Virus record (IMG/VR): IMGVR_UViG_3300005471_000012
Coordinates: 1-64,000 of that record
Source: a virus
Strand: one strand, 5' to 3'
Length of the DNA stretch: 64,000 nucleotides
Position 1 is the first letter of the stretch. The number at the start of each line of letters is the position of its first letter. The notes beneath the pieces were generated by a model. It ran no database searches and was not told where the DNA came from. It saw only the letters and a program-made list of their open reading frames with translations. This document shows, piece by piece, positions 58,001-64,000 of this stretch. A program made the translations under genes and the position numbers.

Positions 58001-58159
58001 GTCGATGAGGCAGCTGAGAACGCACGCAAGATGGCCGCAGACGACGACACCCGCTACCGCGAGTACGTCCAGCTGCTGGCCAAGTCCCCGGACCCAGGCG
58101 TACGCGAGTCCGCCATGGCCGTCCTCGACAAGATGGCCGCGCCCGCGGCCGCCAGCTGA
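55070..58159 (+). CDS. capsid maturation protease / scaffold multidomain protein
   Basis: HK97-type protease (G.AT...D...Q.VD, QH, YSVG, ELSLVDRPAN), AMSDGSFPI.N..DL.NAI domain, DnaJ-like Zn finger, Zn ribbon, C-terminal coiled coil; sits before the MCP. Confidence 0.85.
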   Translation: MATAIDELTYVSFPIVKFEKTDDGDLIVVGKATDGSVDSDEQIVDPTWSAKALGDWLDTGGNVRVQHQAMRDPAGKGLQVEIDKDGDGGHWVRSLVVEPVAKRLVEKGVLTAYSVGIARPVITRDPTGKARGGIVTGGHLAELSLVDRPANKNCGLMIAKAENGAKGGMELVGEVFGDPEFLAKAAEDDLLAKADSNDDTVSGNDGDADDVPESEEQAGGDDVNPTGTDEKAEKASETIAQSVDAETAALYKSQRAMWLAAEPSVKGIAGGTEYLARRADWMRWHSEGEAAGLDGTKDGAERWLAKRDFSASERRSAASSGAAMSDGSFPIKNGSDLANAIHLAGHAKDPAKARAHIKRRAAALGLSDKIPDSWKAVSTEELAKMIADGVMAVQAAQAMLGPAWPGLDLAKAGSDGDGGKDCPTCKGTGKIKGGNVKCPACGGSGKMSSKADSDGDGDSAAVEDADVEKTAARTCGGCGKGFGEESLAKFCDGCGTKLASADDTARKAAAEAVALLAETVSKSVGAGLISQEAADAIIARAALAAAKANDPPPPDTKPVGAHREPDGSFVEAFEQDAGLPSDGDGTSDKIPESTVVSDMGGKTGKPGKTGKPTPYAVGRLHDVTCAAYDPAAALALYPTLKSAADAVDEDWFAARAAKAVAAGKTKKAARLTRLVEAAQAVKAADPAAVADGQAQLRKAFTDLYPNLRISPSDPPKPGSYQRPYLTAGHAAENASVNGGSNIPRSSHTPDAEDFRRPLITAGHQSDSPANKNDIRGGAPTATGAARTYYSNAQREAARVALASMHDHIAAVYPHLCPMAASKSVLPPDMGTTNVPAAVRPADTGGVPGVGKTTVAPAVTGGQDLQALIAGAVERYTARSAPQMTAEQLQKAAAGLGLAVTPAPVPQPAQIGLSPAEMKALLAEQITPLAERYETQFTDLRKQIDDIGSQPDPAMAPVRGALARAPLTDTVPVERRSLVDEAAENARKMAADDDTRYREYVQLLAKSPDPGVRESAMAVLDKMAAPAAAS

Positions 58160-58199
58160 ATCCTCGAACGATTCTCCTAGCACGCAAATTTGGAGGCGT

Positions 58200-60065
58200 G
58201 TGACAGGCACTGAAGTCCTGCCTTTCGGCACTGCCGCAAGGCCAGCGCTCGAGCGCGCGGACGCGAACCCGTCGTGGTACGCCGACGCTGACGCAGGCGC
58301 ATACCGGGCACCCGACGCGATGCTGTCGGACAAAATGCCCACCCTGGTCAAAGGCGCCGGCTACTGCCGGCCGGGAGGCAACCGCCCCCTGGACGACGAC
58401 GACCAGGTTTTCCGCCGCTCGATGAAAGCCGAAGTGGCTTTCCGGTCGGCGATCAAGCAGGGCATCGAGAACCCCGGCCAGGTCCTCAAGGGCATGTCCC
58501 CGGAGTTCGCCGGCCAGTTCGGCGCCTTCATGGCCGCCGCCCCGGCCAACCAGGCGATGAACCAGCTGGTCACCCAGCTCAACTCGCAGCTGTCCGACCA
58601 GCTCGGCAAGTCGATCACCCTGACATCGCCGCTCTCGACGGGCTTCGTGCCTTTCGACCTCGTGGCGCCGAGTTCGCTTATCTACCCGGTCTATTCCCCG
58701 ATCCGCAACAAGCTCCCTCGTAGCCCCGGTCAGGGCACCAGCCGGATCCGCAAGGTGATCACTGGCGTTTCCGGTTCGCAGACCGGCCCGTCGGGCGGCA
58801 AGTTCGTCCGGCTCGCCATCCCTGAACTGGTGCAGTCCGGCGGCGCCATTTCCGGTGCAAGCACGGCGGTTAACTGGCCGCTGAACTTGCCAGGAACCGG
58901 CACGCAGGACGCCGTCGACCTGACCATCCCTTACCGTTTCTGGGGACTGTCCGAGAACCTGTCGTGGCTTGCCCAGTTCTCCGGGCAGGGATTCGAGGAC
59001 ATTTCTGCGCTCGCGAATCTCCTGCTGCTCCAGGAGTTCATGCTGAATGAAGAGGCAGCCCATCTGGGTGCCACTTCCACGGCACTTACCGCGCCTGCCG
59101 CGCCGACGCTTACGGCGCGTGCGGCGAATAGCGGCGAGTCTCCGCTGACCGGTATTACCACGAACGTGTTCGTAAAGGTCAGCGCGAATACGTTCTTCGG
59201 GGAAACGGCAGTCGTCGCCTCGGGCGCGTCCGTGGCCTGGTCGACCGGCCAGGTCGTCGACGTGCAGATCGCCCCGGTCGCCGGGGCCCAGTGGTACACG
59301 ATCTACGCCACTACAGGGTCTTCTGCGGGTACGTATCACCTGTTCGCGGCCAATGTCGGCGGGCAGATGTACACCCTGCAGGGCGCGCTGCCGACCACGT
59401 CGGCGCAGCCGCAGGCCTCGGACAGCGGTACGTCGTCCGCCAACGACCAGGAGGGCCTGACCTCGGTCCTGTCCGGCCACTCGGCGGGCGGCATCTACCC
59501 TTCGAACTGGCAGGCCGGGTACTTCTCCCAGACAACAGGTGACACGCTTAAGACAAGCGTTCTCAACAACGCATTCCAGCAGCTCTGGGATGGCACCGGG
59601 AACGTTTACGGAGCATTCAGGGCGGACCCGGCCGAGATCATCGCCGAGGGCGGCGACGTCATGCGCCTGTCGAACGACATCGTTCAGCAGGGCGCCGCCA
59701 CGAACTACCGCCTGTTCGTCGAGCAGTCGGAAGTGCCCGGCGTCCGCGTCGGCGCGGCCGTGTCCGAGTTCCAGAACCCGATCACACGGTCCGTGGTGCG
59801 CATTGTCGTGCACCCCTGGACCCCCCAGGGCTCGGCTTACCTCATGTCCTACACCATGCCATTCGCATGGTCGAACGTGAGCAACGTTGTCGAATTCGTG
59901 GCCGTGCAAGATTACCTCAGCATTAGCTGGCCGGTAATTGACGCGAGCTTCCGCTACAGCATGTTCCTGTTCGGCAGCCTAGTAGTCAATGCGCCTTTTT
60001 ATTGCGGGTTGATCCAAGGTATCCAGAAGTCCGACCGCTCCGGGTCTATCGGGACCTGGTCGTAA
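58200..60065 (+). CDS. major capsid protein with an inserted Ig/FN3-like domain
   Basis: RBS GGAGG; FDL.APS...YP..SPIRN.LPR, EE...LG, central APAAPTLT beta insert, VHPW.PQG; follows the protease and precedes a strong hairpin. Confidence 0.85.
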   Translation: MTGTEVLPFGTAARPALERADANPSWYADADAGAYRAPDAMLSDKMPTLVKGAGYCRPGGNRPLDDDDQVFRRSMKAEVAFRSAIKQGIENPGQVLKGMSPEFAGQFGAFMAAAPANQAMNQLVTQLNSQLSDQLGKSITLTSPLSTGFVPFDLVAPSSLIYPVYSPIRNKLPRSPGQGTSRIRKVITGVSGSQTGPSGGKFVRLAIPELVQSGGAISGASTAVNWPLNLPGTGTQDAVDLTIPYRFWGLSENLSWLAQFSGQGFEDISALANLLLLQEFMLNEEAAHLGATSTALTAPAAPTLTARAANSGESPLTGITTNVFVKVSANTFFGETAVVASGASVAWSTGQVVDVQIAPVAGAQWYTIYATTGSSAGTYHLFAANVGGQMYTLQGALPTTSAQPQASDSGTSSANDQEGLTSVLSGHSAGGIYPSNWQAGYFSQTTGDTLKTSVLNNAFQQLWDGTGNVYGAFRADPAEIIAEGGDVMRLSNDIVQQGAATNYRLFVEQSEVPGVRVGAAVSEFQNPITRSVVRIVVHPWTPQGSAYLMSYTMPFAWSNVSNVVEFVAVQDYLSISWPVIDASFRYSMFLFGSLVVNAPFYCGLIQGIQKSDRSGSIGTWS

Positions 60066-60066
60066 C

Positions 60067-60121
60067 ACCATTCTGCGGAATGGCCGTGCAAGTATTGGCG
60101 GCCATTCCGCAGAATGGTTTC
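60067..60121 (+). terminator. 20-bp perfect hairpin after the MCP
   Basis: ACCATTCTGCGGAATGGCCG-12 nt-CGGCCATTCCGCAGAATGGT followed by TTC. Confidence 0.75.
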
Positions 60122-60157
60122 ACCGCATTATTCCGACGCGACTTAGGAGCGTTTGTC

Positions 60158-60493
60158 ATGCCCTTGAACCCGCCTGCGGGCACCGCAATCCAGGCCGGGC
60201 CGATCATCTACACCAACCCGCCGCAGATGCCGGGCATCACGACAGCCCCGCCAACGGTGACAACGCCAGCATTCCCGAACACGACTGTCGCGGTCGCCAA
60301 CACAACGGGCGTGGACGTGATGGTTTACGCCCTCGCGGGCGCGGCCGGGTTCACCGTGATCGCGGTCAACGGGGTCACGACTGGCCTGGTGACCGCTGCC
60401 ACCGCGAGCGCGAGCATCTACCTGCCTGCCGGGCAGACGATCGCGTTCACCTACGCGTCGGGCACGCCTTCCTGGGTGTGGCAGGCGGTCTGA
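60158..60493 (+). CDS. small virion/decoration protein
   Basis: RBS AGGAG; beta-rich, N.TG..V.VY...LPAGQTI..TY...PSWVW. Confidence 0.6.
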   Translation: MPLNPPAGTAIQAGPIIYTNPPQMPGITTAPPTVTTPAFPNTTVAVANTTGVDVMVYALAGAAGFTVIAVNGVTTGLVTAATASASIYLPAGQTIAFTYASGTPSWVWQAV

Positions 60494-60496
60494 GCA

Positions 60497-60769
60497 GTGG
60501 CCGGCGCGCAGCAGTACACCGTTGCCACCACGCCGGTGCTGATCGCCTCGGCGCCGGCCACCGTCACCAACGGCCCGTCCGGGTGGTTTTACCTGTCGAA
60601 CACCGGCGCGACCGTCTACCTCGCCGGCAGTTCCGCGAACGCCACCGCCACCACGGGGGCGGCCGTGGTCACAACTGGCACGTTCACCGGGTTCCTGTTC
60701 CCCGGCGACCAGATATGGGCGTTCTGCGCCACCAGCACCGTGGTCACAGTCCTGCAGACGGGGGCGTGA
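60497..60769 (+). CDS. small virion protein
   Basis: V.TTP..I...N.G.TVYL.G...T..TG motif. Confidence 0.6.
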   Translation: MAGAQQYTVATTPVLIASAPATVTNGPSGWFYLSNTGATVYLAGSSANATATTGAAVVTTGTFTGFLFPGDQIWAFCATSTVVTVLQTGA

Positions 60770-60773
60770 GCCT

Positions 60774-61070
60774 GTGACCACGGTTCAGTTGCCAGACGGC
60801 TGCTACGGCCTCGACATGGCCAACGGCCGGCAGTACACCGCAGACAAGCCCGGCGGCAAAGTCGAAGTCTCCGGCCGGGACGCCCGGTTCATCGACACCT
60901 CGTATTACGGCCAGGGCCAGGCCGGGATCATGCGCGGCGGCCCGCAGTTCACCATCGGCACCCGCAAGGGCCGCTGGTGCGAGCCGTGCCGCCGCCTGTG
61001 GAACGCCTGGTCTCATCTCTGCCCGCGCTGCGGCGCGGCCACAACCGAGCACAACCCAGGAGGCATGTGA
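60774..61070 (+). CDS. Zn-ribbon protein
   Basis: LPDGC.G...CEPC...W...CPRCG. Confidence 0.65.
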   Translation: MTTVQLPDGCYGLDMANGRQYTADKPGGKVEVSGRDARFIDTSYYGQGQAGIMRGGPQFTIGTRKGRWCEPCRRLWNAWSHLCPRCGAATTEHNPGGM

Positions 61071-61636
61071 CCACAGTCGCATACGCAATGACAGACCTCG
61101 GGCCGTCCAGTGACGGCCAGGTCGACGCCGGGACGGTCAGCGTCTCGGAAGCCAACGGCGGCTGCGGGAAGCAGCACAAGGCGTTCCTCAACGAGGACGG
61201 CAGGCCGTGCATCGAGTGCGCCGTGTGCGCGCCGGTCCTGATCGGCGGCCATTACGGCTGGTCGGCGACCCCTAACGGGGTGCCGCTGACTCCAGACGAG
61301 ATCGCCGAGCGGGAGCTCGCCGAGCGGGACGGCATCGCCATGCAGCGCGTGATGATGAAGTCTGTCACCGACCATTTCATCGAGTCGATGGCCGCGAAGG
61401 GTGCCGCCGGGCCGGCGCTGAGCGCGTCGACGCTGGCCGCGCAACTGGCCGCGCTGCCAGCCGCCGAGCGGGCCGAGATCGCCAAACTGCTCGCGCCAGG
61501 CGGCGTGCCGCCAGCGTCGCACCCGGCCACCTTGGCTGAGGGCAAGCCGGCCGAGCAGCCCGCGAAGGATCCATCAGTTCCGGCGGGGGCCGCGATGAAA
61601 CGGCCGCCGGGCCGGCCCCGCAAGACGGCTAACTGA
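61067..61636 (+). CDS. hypothetical protein with C-terminal AT-hook-like motif
   Basis: RBS AGGAGG; GGCG..H...C..C; PLTPDE; KRPPGRPRK. Confidence 0.65.
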   Translation: MTTVAYAMTDLGPSSDGQVDAGTVSVSEANGGCGKQHKAFLNEDGRPCIECAVCAPVLIGGHYGWSATPNGVPLTPDEIAERELAERDGIAMQRVMMKSVTDHFIESMAAKGAAGPALSASTLAAQLAALPAAERAEIAKLLAPGGVPPASHPATLAEGKPAEQPAKDPSVPAGAAMKRPPGRPRKTAN

Positions 61637-61826
61637 CCCGGTGCGGGCCCGCCGGCGGTCCCGGCCGCACTGCTCCAGGTGCGGCGGCCCGAAACGCCGT
61701 CCCTCGGACGCGTCGATCACCTGCCGGGCCTGCGGCGACCTGATCTGCCTCAAGCATGCCGTGGAGAACCCCGACTACGGCGGGTGGATCTGCACTCGCT
61801 GCGCGCGGTCAGCCGGGGGGTGACGT

Positions 61827-62783
61827 ATGCCCGAACTCAACCCGGGCGCCATCTCGGCGAGCCCCGGGACGCCGTACGTCACCCCATCGCTGCTGCTCTC
61901 GGCGCCTACAGGGATCGTGTGGTCGACGCTCGGACCCGGCGCGCGGCCGAACGAGCAGCAGCAGTTCGACGAGCAGCTGAACCTGTGCCGCCGCGCCACC
62001 AGCATGATCGACGGGTACTGCAACCAGCCGCTGCGGGCCACCCTGGACAGCGAGACGCTGTACGGGCCCGGTGAACTGCGTTTTCAGATGCAGCCCAACG
62101 GTAATGCGCGGCTGCTGCTGTCCCGTTCCCCGGTCACCGCGGTGCTCGGCGGCCAGGTGTCGATGGCCGCGTCGTTCCCGGCGCAGAACACCCCGATCCC
62201 CGCAGCCAGCTTCAAGATCGCAAATCCGCTGATCGGGGTGTACGGCGCGACCGTCCCCGGCGGGTCCGACAACTCCGGGCAGGCGGTGTTCCTCGCACCC
62301 GGAGTGGTCTCGTGGCTGGCCGGCCGGTTCGGGTACCAGGTGCAGGTCTCCTACATCAACGGCTGGCCGCACGGCTCCACGCAGGCGGCCGCCGCGGCAG
62401 GCGACGCGACGATCGAGATAGACGACTGCACCGGCTGGGGCGTTCCGCCCGGCGGCACTACCGGCGCGACAGGTACCTTGTATGACCCTGGCGCGCAGGA
62501 AACCATCACCGTGCTGGCCGCGTCTGCGACGTCCGGCCCGGGGGTCCTTGCGCTGTCAGCGCCACTGGCCTACAGCCATGCGGTCGGCGTCATGGCCAGC
62601 ACGTTGCCGAACACGGTCATCCAGGCCGCGATCTTGTATTGCGTCAGCCAGGCGCTGGTCCGGGGCACGACGTCGACGAGCATCCAGTCCCTTCCCGGCG
62701 GCGCCGCCGGCGGGGGGAAGTCGGGCGAGGAATACGCCACCGAAGCCGACCTGATGATCCACCCGTACAAGCGGGTCATATGA
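61827..62783 (+). CDS. head-to-tail adaptor/connector
   Basis: TPYVTP..L, RATSMIDGYCNQPL, V.Y..GW, LP..V.QA.I, A..MI.PYKRV. Confidence 0.75.
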   Translation: MPELNPGAISASPGTPYVTPSLLLSAPTGIVWSTLGPGARPNEQQQFDEQLNLCRRATSMIDGYCNQPLRATLDSETLYGPGELRFQMQPNGNARLLLSRSPVTAVLGGQVSMAASFPAQNTPIPAASFKIANPLIGVYGATVPGGSDNSGQAVFLAPGVVSWLAGRFGYQVQVSYINGWPHGSTQAAAAAGDATIEIDDCTGWGVPPGGTTGATGTLYDPGAQETITVLAASATSGPGVLALSAPLAYSHAVGVMASTLPNTVIQAAILYCVSQALVRGTTSTSIQSLPGGAAGGGKSGEEYATEADLMIHPYKRVI

Positions 62784-62803
62784 CGTATAAGCGGGTCATA
62801 TGA
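62764..62803 (+). repeat. 20-bp tandem duplication of a stop/start junction
   Basis: cgtacaagcgggtcatatga then cgtataagcgggtcatatga. Confidence 0.9.
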
Positions 62804-63501
62804 AGCCGCCGGGCGTCAACGTCCCGGCGCCGCTGCCAGGGGCAAGGCGGGGCCACCGGCGGCATCCGAGGATCACCAACCAGCTCGTGCCGGTCCCGCA
62901 CCATCATGCGCATAAACGCCGTCATCATGCGAAGAAACGCCGTCACCAGGCTCACGGCCGGCACCACGGCCTGACGTTGCCCGGCCCGCCGGCCGGGTCG
63001 TGGATTCTGGGCGGCAACGACCGTTACGGCAACTGCGCGGCGGTGGCCGCCGCGAACAGCCTGCTGGCCGTGACCGGCCGGCGGGCCTCCGGTCAGGACA
63101 TCCTGGCGCTGCACCAGGCCGCCTGCCGTGGCCACGACGCCGGCGCGGCGATAGCCGACGTGCTGCATGCCCTGGTCGCGACCGGGCTGGCCGGCGCGTG
63201 GCCCGGCGGCTTCGAAGAACTCGAGGACGGGGAACCGCTGGCCGGGACCGGGCTGATCGTCGGCCTGGCACTGGAAGAAGCGCAGAAACAGCAGGCCGTC
63301 TGGGATGACGTGCCATCCCCGCCGTGGGGGCCGCACGCGGCCGTGCTGGCCGGCGGCGCGGTGATCAGCTGGGGCCGGGAGATACCGGTCACCGGCGTGT
63401 TTCTCGCCGGGCAGGTCACGTCGGCGTGGCGGGTGCGGTGGCAGGGGGTGCCCGCCCGGTGCCGCTTAACTCTGTCAGTGAATACGTCCTCGGCTTGCTG
63501 A
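62800..63501 (+). CDS. papain-like Cys peptidase-fold protein with His/Arg-rich N-terminus
   Basis: GND.YGNC..AAAN...GPHA.V...ISWG pattern. Confidence 0.55.
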   Translation: MKPPGVNVPAPLPGARRGHRRHPRITNQLVPVPHHHAHKRRHHAKKRRHQAHGRHHGLTLPGPPAGSWILGGNDRYGNCAAVAAANSLLAVTGRRASGQDILALHQAACRGHDAGAAIADVLHALVATGLAGAWPGGFEELEDGEPLAGTGLIVGLALEEAQKQQAVWDDVPSPPWGPHAAVLAGGAVISWGREIPVTGVFLAGQVTSAWRVRWQGVPARCRLTLSVNTSSAC

Positions 63502-63971
63502 ACGGGCTGCCGTTGCCCGGCCCGGCCGGGGAAGGCGGTGCCCTGCAGTGCTTCATCACGCCTCCGGATCCGGGCACGCTGACCGTTCCGACCGCCTACC
63601 TGTGGCCAGGGACAGGCGCCGAGACACGGCTGACCCCGCCTAGGGCCGGGGGCCCGAACGTCGTCAAGCCAGGCTGGAAGAAGATCGCCCACCAGTTGCA
63701 ACTGTGGATCTCGTGGGTCGGCTCGGGCGACGACCCTTCGGCTGACACGAATTTCCCCGCCGTAGTCGACGCGATCATGGCGGCTTTGCGTCCGTCTGCC
63801 GACGAAGTCACGGTCACCGACCCGATCACGGGGGTGATCACTTCAGTGATCCTCGGGGTCGGCGAGCAGATGACCTACGACGTCGCGGTCGTGCACGCCC
63901 TCGAAGACCAGCGGTACCTACGGTACGACGCGCGGCTCACCCTTCCCGTTTCCGAGTATTTCCAGTCCTGA
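63459..63971 (+). CDS. tail completion/terminator-like protein
   Basis: Position after the adaptor; ITPPDP, P.AYLW, FP.VVDAIM..LR. Confidence 0.55.
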   Translation: MPLNSVSEYVLGLLNGLPLPGPAGEGGALQCFITPPDPGTLTVPTAYLWPGTGAETRLTPPRAGGPNVVKPGWKKIAHQLQLWISWVGSGDDPSADTNFPAVVDAIMAALRPSADEVTVTDPITGVITSVILGVGEQMTYDVAVVHALEDQRYLRYDARLTLPVSEYFQS

Positions 63972-64000
63972 CCCCCACCACGGAGGCATGTGGCGCAAGC

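Noticed and set aside
55184-59909. Long minus-strand ORFs (690, 596 and 677 aa)
   Set aside because: Antisense shadows of the high-GC3 protease and capsid genes; no recognisable motifs.

Overview
High-GC window from a tailed bacteriophage or phage-plasmid of an actinomycete host. No host housekeeping genes, integrase, tape measure or DNA polymerase are visible. Layout: (1) 1-8.7 kb: whiB, a lytic transglycosylase and an operon resembling the Streptomyces-type conjugative module (Spd-like membrane proteins, GTTCC repeat arrays, three paralogous helical proteins, an FtsK/TraB-like ATPase). (2) 8.7-12.3 kb: small genes, a perfect chromosomal-type parS palindrome and likely regulators. (3) 12.4-24 kb: virion/tail accessory genes mixed with cargo, including a conserved 244-aa protein, a Tad2/DUF2829 anti-defence gene and a ~450-nt structured RNA with two circularly permuted tRNA-like domains. 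(4) 24-27.3 kb: a complete XamI-family type II restriction-modification system on the minus strand. (5) 27.4-32.2 kb: terminase genes; the large subunit carries an intein whose HNH homing endonuclease is encoded in a different reading frame. (6) 32.2-50 kb: an ~18-kb minus-strand array of about 40 small genes driven by a repeated TAGACA-N17-TATC(A/G)T promoter, including an ArdA-like gene, a DUF3631-like ATPase and a serine resolvase. (7) 50.2-64 kb: head module (portal-ParB-like-MuF fusion, multidomain protease/scaffold, major capsid, head-tail genes). The strongest candidate for an undescribed system is the protein plus twin permuted-tRNA-like RNA locus at 17.7-19.2 kb. All family assignments come from motif recognition by eye, not from database searches.
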